DNA from: Alphaproteobacteria bacterium
GTDB lineage: Bacteria; Pseudomonadota; Alphaproteobacteria; G02398745; G023898745
Direction of reading: 5' to 3'
Length of the DNA: 64,000 nucleotides
NCBI GenBank assembly: GCA_023898745.1
Contig: CP060237.1
Coordinates: forward strand, 235,718 to 299,717
Shown here: positions 27,859-38,183 of the stretch, in pieces
Layout of the letters: each line of letters begins with the position of its first letter
How positions within the stretch are numbered: position 1 is the first letter of the stretch
Notes under the pieces: model-generated
Database searches by the model: none
What the model was told of the DNA's origin: nothing
What the model saw: the letters and a program-made list of their open reading frames with translations, nothing else
Made by a program: the position numbers and the translations under genes

Positions 27859-29007
27859 ATGTTTTTACTTTTTATCAATGCTTCCAGTTGGAACTGGCTT
27901 GTGCCACAATTTGTGTCAAACTGGTTAACCCCTACTCAACAACAGCAACAAGTCGCTATAGGACCTGGAATGACGGGCACAACACCAGTCCAAATTTCTG
28001 CTAGCACGGCAGCAAGTGCCCCCACCCAACAGCAAGCGGAAATTAACAAATTAAAAACCTTGCTAGACGCTAAAACACAAGAGGCTGAGACAGCAAGAAA
28101 AGAGAATCTCCAACTTGCCGAGCAATTAGGTGCAGCGAGAGCGATAGGAAGCAGCGCAGAAACTCACTTAGCCGCACTGCAAGCTGCAAATCAACAAATT
28201 GGCACCTTGAACACAATAAATGATGGAATTCTTAATGCATTAGAAGCTATGGCCGCTGGAAAAGAAAGCGCAGAGATGGTTTCAGGTCGTATTCGCGCAT
28301 TAAGTCAATCTTTAAGCGCCGAAAAACTTAGCAAACTGGAGTTGCTAGATGACACTTTAAAACAATACAAGGCAAAAGCAAGCGCATTAGAATCTCAAAT
28401 CGAAAAAGACAAAGCCAATGAAGAAACTTTACGAGAAGAGTTAAGACAGCAAAACTTACAAATTCGTGAAATCGAACAACAAAAAGAGCGTGTATCAACA
28501 GAAGCAAAACGCTATGAAATACGCTTACAAAATGTTCAAAAAGCATTAGATCGTCGAACATTTTATCATGAAGTTTTTGAGCCAAAATTAAATAAAGACC
28601 TCACAATTCAAGAGCTGGTTCACATGATTCAATCATGGTTTTCAGAACGAATGAAAAGAGAGGGTTCGGATAAAGTGACACAAGACTTTCCAATCGACAC
28701 AACAACACCGCCTAACGCATTTCTTAAAATGTTAGAAGAACATACAACGAGAGATCGCTTATGCACCAATCTATCACCTAACGTCTTTACTTTTCTCACC
28801 AATAGTTTTCAAGTTGTTCAAATGACGCGATTCTTAGATATGGTAGTAGCTAAAGCTATAGGAGACTTTCTTAATCCTTCTCAAACATATGAATTAGAAA
28901 TCAAAACATTTGATGCGCGATTAAAAGAGGTTCAAGCAGGGACGCAAATTATAGTTCCAGCAACTCACGGTTTTTACCCTTGCGGACATTCAGCAAGTAA
29001 GTGGTGA
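27859..29007 (+). CDS. Hypothetical coiled-coil protein with an MFLLFINASS leader and a Gln-rich segment; effector-like
   Basis: 382-aa ORF; long heptad-like stretches (residues ~60-230) and a poly-Q tract; no enzymatic motif. Confidence 0.55.
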   Translation: MFLLFINASSWNWLVPQFVSNWLTPTQQQQQVAIGPGMTGTTPVQISASTAASAPTQQQAEINKLKTLLDAKTQEAETARKENLQLAEQLGAARAIGSSAETHLAALQAANQQIGTLNTINDGILNALEAMAAGKESAEMVSGRIRALSQSLSAEKLSKLELLDDTLKQYKAKASALESQIEKDKANEETLREELRQQNLQIREIEQQKERVSTEAKRYEIRLQNVQKALDRRTFYHEVFEPKLNKDLTIQELVHMIQSWFSERMKREGSDKVTQDFPIDTTTPPNAFLKMLEEHTTRDRLCTNLSPNVFTFLTNSFQVVQMTRFLDMVVAKAIGDFLNPSQTYELEIKTFDARLKEVQAGTQIIVPATHGFYPCGHSASKW

Positions 29008-29214
29008 TCTTAACTACCACTCTCCGTCAAATTCTCAAAGTTAACAACTCATATCTCAAATTTGCCTTTTGTGACGCTGCCTTTATGCAATCACTGCCAA
29101 CTTATTGAGCTTGCTTTTGCGTTTAATATATAAAACCCACATAGTGCCTTTTGTTAACTTAATGTAAAGATTTTCTTAACCATTATTATTAGAACGCACC
29201 AAAAATAAAATATG

Positions 29215-29457
29215 ATGTTCATGTACTTTTTGTATACTTCAGCTTCAGATCCCTTAAAAAGCAATCTTAGCGAAACGCTTTGGCGCAGCTCAAACAATGT
29301 GGAATCGATTAACACTAACGAGGAAATGACTGACCCCTTTGCAGTAACACCTCAAGGGTTGGATATTATAGAGGACATACTAAACAACTCTAAAACCGGT
29401 GCTTCAACTAAAAAAACCAAGTCTATTTGCCATCTTCCAAATTCTCAAACTTCGTAA
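29215..29457 (+). CDS. Possible small protein (about 80 aa) with an MFMYFLYTSASDP leader
   Basis: An ORF carrying the same N-terminal leader motif as the kinases and the large unknowns. It overlaps the dnaB 3' end by about 35 bp on the opposite strand, so it is uncertain. Confidence 0.3.
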   Translation: MFMYFLYTSASDPLKSNLSETLWRSSNNVESINTNEEMTDPFAVTPQGLDIIEDILNNSKTGASTKKTKSICHLPNSQTS

Positions 29458-30844
29458 TTCTTCCATCAAACCCAAGTTTCACACTTCCTACAGGACCATG
29501 ACGTTGCTTTGCTACAATCAGCTCAGCTTTCTTGTGCAACTTGGCCATTTTATCTTTCCACTCAATATGCTTTGGGTCATTTTCATCTGCCGTTGGCATT
29601 TTGCGCGCTTCATAATATTCTGGACGGTATACAAACATTACAACGTCGGCATCTTGTTCGATGGTTCCAGATTCACGAAGGTCAGCCAATTGCGGGCGCT
29701 TATCTTCTCTTTGCTCAACCGCACGAGACAACTGGGATAGCGCTAAAATTGGAACATCCAATTCTTTAGCCAGGTTTTTCAACAACCTTGTAATCTCGGA
29801 AATTTCTTGCACACGGCTATCATTGCTTTTTCTTTGGGCTGATAGCAATTGCAAATAGTCGATCACAATCATACCAATACCATGCTGACGCTTTAATCTA
29901 CGCGCTCTGTTACGCAAAGCCATAATAGATAAACCAGGTGTATCATCAATATACAAAGGTAAGTTTTGTAAATCGAAACTTGTTTTGGTGATGGTTTTGA
30001 AATCATGCTCATGAATTTCACCACGACGCATTTTATCAGATGGAATGTGTGCTTCAGCTGATAAAATACGAAGCGCCAATTGTTCGGATGACATTTCCAG
30101 TGAGAAGAATGCCACAGGCGCACCCGTCTCCTTGAATCGTTTCGCTGAATTAAATGCAATGTTCGTTGCTAAAGCGGTTTTACCCATGGACGGACGTCCC
30201 GCTAAAATCAACAAGTCAGATTTATGAAATCCACCAAGCATATGATCCAAATCTTTAAAACCTGTGCCTACACCCACGATTTTATCTGGGCTTTTAAATG
30301 CATGTTCTGTACTTTCTACAGCTGCATTCAAAGCCTGTTTAAAAGAAATAATGCTGTTCGTTTTATGCGTCGCAAGATGGAATAATTTCTGCTCAGATTC
30401 TTCAATAATATCTTGAGAAGTTGTGTCTAGTTTAAAATCACGAGAATCGTTGACGATATGCTCACCAATATCAATCAATTCACGTCTTAAATAAAGATCA
30501 TAAATCGTGCGCGCATAATCTTCCACATTGATGACAGAAATCACATTGTTGGCTAAGGAGAATAAATATTCTTGACACTCTTTATCTCCAAAATAGTTTT
30601 GCAATGTCGTTGGATCAGCAATTTTATTGCGATCTGCAAAATGCATAATTGCTGCATAAATTTCCCCGTGAAACGCATCAGCAAAATGCTCTGGTGCTAG
30701 AAATTCAATGATACTTTCCAAGCTTTTATTGTTAATCAAAAGCGCAGCTAGTAATGCTTGCTCAGCTTGCAAGTTTTGAGGCGCAACAAATGCATGCTCT
30801 TGAGAGCTATGATTCTCTTGTTTCAATTCTTTCACTTGCGCCAT
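29423..30844 (-). CDS. dnaB: Replicative DNA helicase DnaB
   Basis: N-terminal domain QAEQALLAALLINNKSLE; Walker A GRPSMGKTA; Walker B/H3/H4 motifs (VIDYLQLL; SQLSRAVE). Confidence 0.95.
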   Translation of the reverse strand: MAQVKELKQENHSSQEHAFVAPQNLQAEQALLAALLINNKSLESIIEFLAPEHFADAFHGEIYAAIMHFADRNKIADPTTLQNYFGDKECQEYLFSLANNVISVINVEDYARTIYDLYLRRELIDIGEHIVNDSRDFKLDTTSQDIIEESEQKLFHLATHKTNSIISFKQALNAAVESTEHAFKSPDKIVGVGTGFKDLDHMLGGFHKSDLLILAGRPSMGKTALATNIAFNSAKRFKETGAPVAFFSLEMSSEQLALRILSAEAHIPSDKMRRGEIHEHDFKTITKTSFDLQNLPLYIDDTPGLSIMALRNRARRLKRQHGIGMIVIDYLQLLSAQRKSNDSRVQEISEITRLLKNLAKELDVPILALSQLSRAVEQREDKRPQLADLRESGTIEQDADVVMFVYRPEYYEARKMPTADENDPKHIEWKDKMAKLHKKAELIVAKQRHGPVGSVKLGFDGRITKFENLEDGK

Positions 30845-30954
30845 TTTTTATAAAAACTTGCTAACAACTTCCATAATAGGCGCAATTTTTGAATAAATCC
30901 ATCCTTGAATTTTGGTTAAATTTTTTGTATACATAAGTCATATAGCGACGCACC

Positions 30955-31030
30955 GTCATCCTGAGCGCAGCGAAGGACCTTCCTGAGACAAACTTGGGAA
31001 GATCCTTCGTTCAACGCTCACTCAGGATGA
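30955..31030. repeat. GTCATCCTGAGCG...CGCTCACTCAGGATGAC palindromic hairpin repeat
   Basis: An inverted repeat of about 76 bp with a variable centre. The same family occurs at 48158..48252, 55026..55110, 60702..60760 and 62596..62640. Confidence 0.6.
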
Positions 31031-31046
31031 CGACAGAGAAAGAACC

Positions 31047-32138
31047 ATGTTTTTTTTATTTTCCAAAGCCGCACCTGAAACAACAGGTCCACTCAAAATC
31101 AAAGCACCTCATGTCCTGATTATAGATTACCAAAGCCAAGATGTTATTGTAGAACGTGATGCAGATGCAAAAACTTATCCAGCGTCTATGACAAAAATCA
31201 TGACAGCGCTAGTCATATTTGAGGCATTGAAAAATAAACAAATTACATTGGAAACAATGCTCACCGTTCCAAAAGCCGCATATCGCGCACCAGGAACGTC
31301 TATGTTTTTAAAATTAGGACAAAAAGTATCTGTATTTGATTTGCTAAAAGGATTAATTTGCGTATCTGGAAATGATGCTGCGAAAACTTTGGCTATTGCC
31401 CTTGCTGGATCAGAAGAAAATTTTGCTGAACTCATGAATGATATGGCAGTGCGTATTGGCGCAGCAAACACGCATTTCACAAACGCCTCGGGCCTGTTTC
31501 ATAAAGAGCATTACACAACTGCACGAGATTTAATCAAAATAACTCATTATTTAATTACAAATTTCCCAGAATATTATTATTTATTTAAACAAAAAACATT
31601 TAATTTTAATGGTGTGCTTCAAACAAGTAAAAATAGCCTGCTAAAAAATGATTGGTTTGACGGCGTAAAGCCAGGATTTGATGACTCTTATGGCACTGTT
31701 GTGAGTATGGTAAATCCTGAAACCAAACGACGTATTCTTGTCTTTGCAAATGGATATCATTCTGAGCGCGATCGCGAATGGGATGTTGAACGGATGGCAC
31801 GTTTTGCAATGTATCAAACAAAAGCTTATTGTTTCTTAGAAGAAGGCGCAACAGCGCATAAAATACCTGTTTTATTTGGTGATAAACGGTCTGTTGATTT
31901 GGGAGCAAAAACGCCTGTGTGCGTAACATTGGGCATGAATTCTGAAGAGCCGACGTGCAATATCACAATAGCGAAAAAATATCTTAAAGGACCTGTGGAT
32001 AAAGGCACGCCTGTAGGAATTGCGACGATTAAAACGTCTAATGGTGAGAAGACTTACACACTTTATACAAAAGAAGATGTGAAAAAAGGGTCGTGGGCAC
32101 GATATGCTGTGGATTATGTGAAGGCATTGTTTTATTGA
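31047..32138 (+). CDS. D-alanyl-D-alanine carboxypeptidase (PBP5/6, DacC family) with a non-canonical MFFLFSKAA N-terminus
   Basis: Active-site SMTK (SXXK), SGN motif (CVSGNDAAK) and a C-terminal domain. The mature-domain alignment starts about residue 17; there is no classical hydrophobic signal peptide. Confidence 0.82.
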   Translation: MFFLFSKAAPETTGPLKIKAPHVLIIDYQSQDVIVERDADAKTYPASMTKIMTALVIFEALKNKQITLETMLTVPKAAYRAPGTSMFLKLGQKVSVFDLLKGLICVSGNDAAKTLAIALAGSEENFAELMNDMAVRIGAANTHFTNASGLFHKEHYTTARDLIKITHYLITNFPEYYYLFKQKTFNFNGVLQTSKNSLLKNDWFDGVKPGFDDSYGTVVSMVNPETKRRILVFANGYHSERDREWDVERMARFAMYQTKAYCFLEEGATAHKIPVLFGDKRSVDLGAKTPVCVTLGMNSEEPTCNITIAKKYLKGPVDKGTPVGIATIKTSNGEKTYTLYTKEDVKKGSWARYAVDYVKALFY

Positions 32139-32226
32139 TGGTGCATAGGTCGTCATCACAAGGAGTGTAACGACGTGGTGATTCATAGATGCGATGCTCC
32201 GCTCGCAATGACGATGTGCTAGGCAA

Positions 32227-32697
32227 TTATATGTAGCACAGTGCAACAGCCAACGCATCTGAAGAATCTTGCGTAATCGGCTCTTGAGGCGAAAGTAGCA
32301 ATTCCACCATTTTCATTATTTGCTCTTTATCTGCATGCCCGCTACCTGTCACAGTTTTTTTGATATAATTCGGACGATATTCAAAAAATGGCATGTTGAA
32401 AACAGAGGCTAGCATGATTAAAACACCGCGTGCCATGCCTAGCTTGAGAGTGGATTGTGGGTTGTTGTTCATAAAAATTTCTTCAATGCATAAAATATGC
32501 GGTTTATGTTCCTCAATAACAGCACTCATTTGTTGATGCAAACTTGTAAGGCGTATTGGCAAAGGATCTTTGATTTTGGTTTTTAACACACCATGCGCAA
32601 TCCAACGGGATTGATTATTTTTCTTTTCAATAACCCCAAAGCCTGTTTTTACAAGACCTGGATCTATGCCGAGAACGCGGATGGTTTCTGTTGTCAT
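32227..32697 (-). CDS. ruvC: Holliday junction resolvase RuvC
   Basis: IRVLGIDPGLVKTGFGVIE catalytic N-terminus. The start is at MTTETIR (ATG at 32697); the longer ORF extension is repeat-derived. Confidence 0.85.
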   Translation of the reverse strand: MTTETIRVLGIDPGLVKTGFGVIEKKNNQSRWIAHGVLKTKIKDPLPIRLTSLHQQMSAVIEEHKPHILCIEEIFMNNNPQSTLKLGMARGVLIMLASVFNMPFFEYRPNYIKKTVTGSGHADKEQIMKMVELLLSPQEPITQDSSDALAVALCYI

Positions 32698-32807
32698 AAA
32701 TAAACCTTCGGTTGAACAAACGTCATCACGAGGAGCGCAGCGACGTGGTGATCCATTATGGATGGCCACGCTTCGCTCGCCATGACGGACCCCCTGCACA
32801 TAAAATC

Positions 32808-32884
32808 TGGCGCGCCTGAGAAGACTCGAACTCCTGACCCACAGCTTAGAAGGCTGTTGCTCTATCCTGCTGAGCTACAGGCGC
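32808..32884 (-). tRNA. tRNA-Arg (anticodon UCU)
   Basis: Reverse complement GCGCCTGTAGCTCAGCAGGATAGAGCAACAGCcttctaaGCTGT...AGGAGTTCGAGTCTTCT...CCA. Confidence 0.8.
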
Positions 32885-33079
32885 TTATAAGTATTTTAGG
32901 GTGTTTTGGTTGTCTAGACAAGCCCGAGAGTGATAATATGGTGAAGATATAAATTACGTCATCTTGAGGTTTTTGCACTCCGCCATGGCGAGACCTGGAA
33001 GGTCGTGGCTATCCATAATGGATCACCACGTCGCTTCACTTCTCGTGATGACGACTTAGATGACAACGCACAGGATTTC

Positions 33080-34303
33080 ATGGTTCTCGTTCTTGTTTTT
33101 TTTCTTTTATTGCTCGCAGCACTTTTGGCATCATGCGAAACATCTTTAAATGTAGCATCAAAATCTAAAATTCATAAACTCGTTAAAGAAGGTAATAAAT
33201 CTGCAGTTGTTGTAAAAGAATTGCAAGATAACGCTGGGGAAGTTATCAGCGCTATATTGACAAGCGTCTCTATCGCAACAATGCTTATTCCATTTTTAAC
33301 TGCTATTTGGGCGGTGGCGCATTTTGGTGATTTAGGGCAAGCCATTGTGGGGGTTGTTGTATCCATTGTGTTCCTGATTTATGGAGAAACTGTGCCAAAA
33401 ATGATTGCATTAAGCAGTCCAGAAACTGTATTGTTAAAATCAGCAAGATTTCTACGATTGTTAACACGCATATGCAAAATCCCCAACATTCTTATGCGTT
33501 TTATTGCAGATGCAACCTTGAAAATGCTGCGCGTTAAACATTCTGACTCGCTAGATCCGTATGAAGAAATTCGTACTTATATTGACTTACAAATGCAGCA
33601 AATTTCTGAAGAAAAAAGCATGCTTAACAGCATCTTAGATTTATCTAAAGTTGAAGTCCAAGATATTATGACATTTCGTAAAAACGTGCAGATGTTAAAT
33701 GCTGACGACACACTTGAAAATATTATTAATACAATCAAAACGACACCTTACACCCGTTTACCTATCTGGAAAGAACAGCCTGATAATATTGTTGGTGTTG
33801 TGCATGCAAAAGCATTTTTGGAATTCTTTATCAAAAAAGGCAAATCGGCCAAAAATTTCGATGTATTAGAATTAGCAAAAGCTCCATGGTTCGTTCCTGA
33901 AACCACAAATCTCTTGGATCAATTGAAAGCGTTTCGCACAAAAAATGCACACTTTGCTGTAATCGTAGATGAGTTTGGTGTATTCCAAGGTATTGTGACA
34001 TTGGAAGATTTGATTGAGGAAATCGTGGGAGAAATCCACGATGAGTATGATATCAAATTAGGTCATGTTATGGTGCGCAAAGATGGTTCTATTTTACTAC
34101 CTGGTGATTTCACTATTCGCGATTTAAATCGTCAGTTTAACTTTGAGCTTGAGGACACCGAAGCAACTATTGCTGGTTTGTTGTTGCATGTTGCGCAAAA
34201 AATTCCTGAAGTTGGGCGTGTATATGATGTGCAAGGTGTGCGATTTGAAGTTATGAAACGAAATAAGAATTATATTAGCTTAGTGAAGGTGTCTTCGCAG
34301 TAG
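33080..34303 (+). CDS. tlyC: Hemolysin C-like CorC/TlyC family protein (DUF21 TM domain, CBS pair, CorC_HlyC domain)
   Basis: N-terminal polytopic TM region, tandem CBS domains (IMTFRKNV... / AVIVDEFGVFQGIVTLEDLIEEIVGEI) and a C-terminal transporter-associated domain. The start is at MVLVLVFF. Confidence 0.8.
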   Translation: MVLVLVFFLLLLAALLASCETSLNVASKSKIHKLVKEGNKSAVVVKELQDNAGEVISAILTSVSIATMLIPFLTAIWAVAHFGDLGQAIVGVVVSIVFLIYGETVPKMIALSSPETVLLKSARFLRLLTRICKIPNILMRFIADATLKMLRVKHSDSLDPYEEIRTYIDLQMQQISEEKSMLNSILDLSKVEVQDIMTFRKNVQMLNADDTLENIINTIKTTPYTRLPIWKEQPDNIVGVVHAKAFLEFFIKKGKSAKNFDVLELAKAPWFVPETTNLLDQLKAFRTKNAHFAVIVDEFGVFQGIVTLEDLIEEIVGEIHDEYDIKLGHVMVRKDGSILLPGDFTIRDLNRQFNFELEDTEATIAGLLLHVAQKIPEVGRVYDVQGVRFEVMKRNKNYISLVKVSSQ

Positions 34304-34304
34304 T

Positions 34305-34500
34305 CGCAGCGCCACCACCGTTATGGCGAGCGAAGCGTGGCCATCCATCGATCACCACGGGACTTCGTCCCTCGTGATGACGAAATTTATACACTCCTCA
34401 TGATCTAAATGACGGTCGTTGTCCTTATGGATTTTAGAAAATTCGTGGGGATATGGGTCAGCTCGTGATGACGTCAATTTTCACTCTTCGTAATGACGTT
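34305..34500. repeat. Composite repeat region (hairpin modules, partial element C, CTCGTGATGAC iterations)
   Basis: ccgttatggcgagcgaagcgtggccatccatcgatcaccacgggacttcgtccctcgtgatgacg... Confidence 0.75.
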
Positions 34501-34570
34501 CTGAAGTAAGTTGACATACTCTTATAAAATATCGTTCAATGTCTAGGGTTAACTTTTTTGAGTATTAAGC

Positions 34571-36202
34571 ATGTTGCAATGGATCTTTTTATCAAACATA
34601 CATGGTAGTGACTGGGAATTTATAGAAGAAAATCAACCAAGTGCTGTGGAAATCGCACAGGGGCATGACACTTGTATCAGAAAACATTTAATTCAAATCC
34701 ATAACTTACAAACAAGTGTGGATGAACACCTGCAAAGAAGACTCTCTAGAAAAGAACATACTTTTGCAAAACGATTAAGACGTATTCATGCAAAAGGCAA
34801 TACACATCAACTCCCAATATTGGAAAAAGAAGTAAAAAGTTTCGTTAGAGATATGAAGCTGATCAAAAAATTGGATGCATTTTTTGAGAATAAATTTGCA
34901 CAAGATTTGCAAGGACCATTAAATGGGCTGCAGCATTTCTCAAGGAGTTTAAAAGCTATTTGGTTTGAAGCAGCAACCAATTATAGTGATGGAAAAAAGC
35001 CTAAGTTTTTCTTACCAAAGAAAGCTAAGGTCAGAAAAAAAGATTTATCTTTTGCATCGTTGAATGATATCAGGGCAATTATGGCAAGCTTAAAAGATGT
35101 CTTGCCTCCAATTATAGGCGCGCTACCTCCTGGAAGTTTCACTGAAAAAAACCAAAGAGATAAGGTTAAATTAGCATTTATAGATTTATGTGATGCATTT
35201 TTGGTTTATTATTGTGATCTAAATGAATTTAGCAGATTTGGAACTCTTGATTTATTACAACTGCGCCGCTGGAATATTGAAGAATTGTATAGCATCTTTG
35301 ATCAACTGCTAATGGATCCAGATGCCTTTACTGTCAGTAGAGAAATTTTCTTTAAGACAAAGCATGTAGATGATGCCTATGGTCAAGAGGAACATGCGGC
35401 TGGATACTTAGGACGAACAGCTCAAGAAGAGTATCAAACTAAAACCAAGATCCCTTTCGCTCCTTCACGAGATAAAACCATAGCAAATATAACAGCTAGA
35501 TGGAAACCTTTAAAGCAAGCTATTGAGCATTATGGAACTGCATACAATATTGATGCTGATCCTGATATGTCTTGGGTTGATGAGTATTTCAATATGCTGA
35601 AAGAGCAACATAATATGAGGCTTATTTTTTGTGATGTTACTGAGCTAGATTATGCATTATCTCAAAGAACATTTTTGGCTGTTGAGGAGTATTATCAAAA
35701 CAAACAGCTCACAAAACCTTTAGATGCAAGTAATTTTGCTGAAATGGTTCATGCGGAAGAGCGAATGCTTTTGGATATTATTTCCGCAGAGAAAAAAGGA
35801 TACATGAAATTTGCTGGAAAAAAACCACAGCCTGGAACGTTAGATCACGTGTTAACAGAGAATCAATTTAAGTGTCAGCCCGACACAACGAATGGGCATA
35901 CGCAATATAGTGGAAGAGCTGCTCAACATATTTGGTATCGCAAGGATTTACCTTTCACCGTTAGAGTGAAAACAAATGGTGAGTTTAGTATAGGCATCAC
36001 AGACTTTGATCCTCAAAATCCCAAGTCGCTATGTGATATGACACAATTTCCTGAACTTATGAAAATTGCCAAAATAGATGGACATCTATACATAATTCCA
36101 GCAGGAACCCAAGGACCTTGGAGGAATGAGCTCAATTGGCTTGATGTACAAAATCGCCCTCTAGCCTTGCAAAAGGGAGAGGGGCATTTCGATTGGAAAT
36201 AA
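34571..36202 (+). CDS. Hypothetical 543-aa protein, no recognisable domains; effector-like
   Basis: Long uninterrupted ORF flanked by repeat clusters; no signal peptide, no motif recognised. Confidence 0.55.
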   Translation: MLQWIFLSNIHGSDWEFIEENQPSAVEIAQGHDTCIRKHLIQIHNLQTSVDEHLQRRLSRKEHTFAKRLRRIHAKGNTHQLPILEKEVKSFVRDMKLIKKLDAFFENKFAQDLQGPLNGLQHFSRSLKAIWFEAATNYSDGKKPKFFLPKKAKVRKKDLSFASLNDIRAIMASLKDVLPPIIGALPPGSFTEKNQRDKVKLAFIDLCDAFLVYYCDLNEFSRFGTLDLLQLRRWNIEELYSIFDQLLMDPDAFTVSREIFFKTKHVDDAYGQEEHAAGYLGRTAQEEYQTKTKIPFAPSRDKTIANITARWKPLKQAIEHYGTAYNIDADPDMSWVDEYFNMLKEQHNMRLIFCDVTELDYALSQRTFLAVEEYYQNKQLTKPLDASNFAEMVHAEERMLLDIISAEKKGYMKFAGKKPQPGTLDHVLTENQFKCQPDTTNGHTQYSGRAAQHIWYRKDLPFTVRVKTNGEFSIGITDFDPQNPKSLCDMTQFPELMKIAKIDGHLYIIPAGTQGPWRNELNWLDVQNRPLALQKGEGHFDWK

Positions 36203-36204
36203 TT

Positions 36205-36425
36205 TTCATCACGAAATACGCGCAGCAACTGCCGTCATCACGAGGAGCGTAGCAACGTGGTGATCCATTAGAGAGTCCGCCTACGCTCTTTGGGCTTCGG
36301 CGAGACACACACTCCTACTCGATGATAAATCATCTCGTCGTAGCTAAATTTTGCCTTTGGCAAAATTAGCGAAGACGGATGGATGGCCGCAGCACCTTCG
36401 CGGGGCTTCGCCATGACGGCGGCGC
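36205..36425. repeat. Composite repeat region with an inverted element A copy
   Basis: Reverse-complement match to 5282..5410, with a compensatory change in the internal hairpin loop. Confidence 0.8.
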
Positions 36426-36441
36426 GGCGTCTATGCTTGGA

Positions 36442-37950
36442 CTAGAATTGAATCTCCTGATACAGATAATCCACATCTTTCTCAATCTTGTGACGTGTGG
36501 ACAAGTGTTGCAAGAATGTGGACATAACCGTTTGATGCGCAGTTTGACCAAAGAATTGTGCAGCTTGTTTTGTTTCAAATGCACCGCCTTTGTATAGCTC
36601 ATCCTTAATAATACGCGCTAACGTTATACCTTTATCTGTATAAATGTAAACCATTTTTCCGTCTGCAGATGTTTGGAATACTCTAAACAACAACTCTGGG
36701 TTCAGACCTTCTGTCTTTTGCATTGCGCGGTTGATTGCAACATTACGTCTCACTTTAAATTTACGCTTTGCTACAAATTCATAAAATTCCTGAACCTTGC
36801 GTTCGAGTTGATACAAAGTTTCAAGATCTTGTTTAGCTTTTTCTTCTTTCTTTTTGACAGACCACATCTTCTTAGCGGCTTTTTGCAATTCTGCGCCTTT
36901 CATTTGTGTCTCTGGATCAATTTCATATACTTGCACAACAAACAGATCGCCTGTTGCTGGATCTTCAAACACATCCGATAAAACATTTAACTCTTGCTCA
37001 AACGCAAAATTCAAAACAGGTAAACTATAGGTAAATAACGTTTCTTTCGTCATTTTCTTAAAAGTTTCTTTTCTGTATCCTTGCGCTTCGATATCATCAA
37101 TATTGATTTCATCATTCTCAATGCGCGCTTTGAGATTTTTTGCAGCTTCAGCAATTTTTGCAAAACGAAGCTGCGCTTCAACCTCTGGCAAGGCTTTTGA
37201 AAAAATCAGTGGTTTTTTGTCAGATCCAATAAAGGCTTCTTTATGCTTCTTATAGTATGTTTGAAGTTCGTCTTGTGTAAAATTATATTTCTTGCGACTC
37301 AAGTTAATTAAATAGAATGAGCGCTTCTCTTGCGTCATAAACGCTTGTGGATTTTGTTCGATCACTGCTTGCAATTCATCTTCTGCTGGATTTTCAGAAA
37401 CATTTATACTGGAATAATCAATAGTTATCACATCAATCACACGATCTGAATTAAAACTTTGATGAATAAGCTTCTGATAGCCTTTTGGAAACTGATATGG
37501 CAATACCAATTGTTGCTCGACAATCTCACGCCTTACATCTTCAAGCATAACTTTTTTGCGCTCTGGATCCATCTGGTTGAAGTACAGGTTAAAGTTTTGA
37601 CCATATTGGTTAAGCTTTTTAATAAGCATATCTTCAGAAACAGTAAAACCTTGATGTCTTAACTCCAATATTCTCACCGTGCTTCCAATATATTCATCTA
37701 GCACTTGCTCTGGAAAGTGCGCCATTTTGAAATCGTCCATTGTGAGATGAGGTGATTTTTCCTTGATAGACTTAATTTGATGATCTAGCAATTGGAAAAA
37801 CTTTCTGTTGTTAATGGATTTGCCATCAATCTTTGCAAAATGCTTTTGTGTGGATGAGATGAGTCCATAGCGATCCTGCAAAACAAAACTTGCAATAATC
37901 AGAACTGTGAGAACAACAGATCCCCATTTAAGCCATTTACTTTGAACCAT
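36442..37950 (-). CDS. PpiD/SurA-like periplasmic chaperone (N-terminal TM anchor)
   Basis: N-terminal signal-anchor WLKWGSVVLTVLIIASFVL followed by a long chaperone-like domain with PpiD-like organisation; no intact PPIase signature checked. Confidence 0.55.
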   Translation of the reverse strand: MVQSKWLKWGSVVLTVLIIASFVLQDRYGLISSTQKHFAKIDGKSINNRKFFQLLDHQIKSIKEKSPHLTMDDFKMAHFPEQVLDEYIGSTVRILELRHQGFTVSEDMLIKKLNQYGQNFNLYFNQMDPERKKVMLEDVRREIVEQQLVLPYQFPKGYQKLIHQSFNSDRVIDVITIDYSSINVSENPAEDELQAVIEQNPQAFMTQEKRSFYLINLSRKKYNFTQDELQTYYKKHKEAFIGSDKKPLIFSKALPEVEAQLRFAKIAEAAKNLKARIENDEINIDDIEAQGYRKETFKKMTKETLFTYSLPVLNFAFEQELNVLSDVFEDPATGDLFVVQVYEIDPETQMKGAELQKAAKKMWSVKKKEEKAKQDLETLYQLERKVQEFYEFVAKRKFKVRRNVAINRAMQKTEGLNPELLFRVFQTSADGKMVYIYTDKGITLARIIKDELYKGGAFETKQAAQFFGQTAHQTVMSTFLQHLSTRHKIEKDVDYLYQEIQF

Positions 37951-38183
37951 AATTTATTGATGTCCGTATTTTACCTATTTACACTGTAATAAAAATTCTC
38001 CATTGTAACAATGGTTAGAGGGAAAATACTCGTCATCGTAGCAGAACTTTGGTCACCTATTTATGGATCGCCACGTTGCTACGCTCCTCGTGATGACGAT
38101 CTAAGCCCGTCATGGCGAGGTCCTGAAGGACCTTGACCATCCATCCATAGTAATGACGGACCTTTACAACAAGGAGTTCTAAA

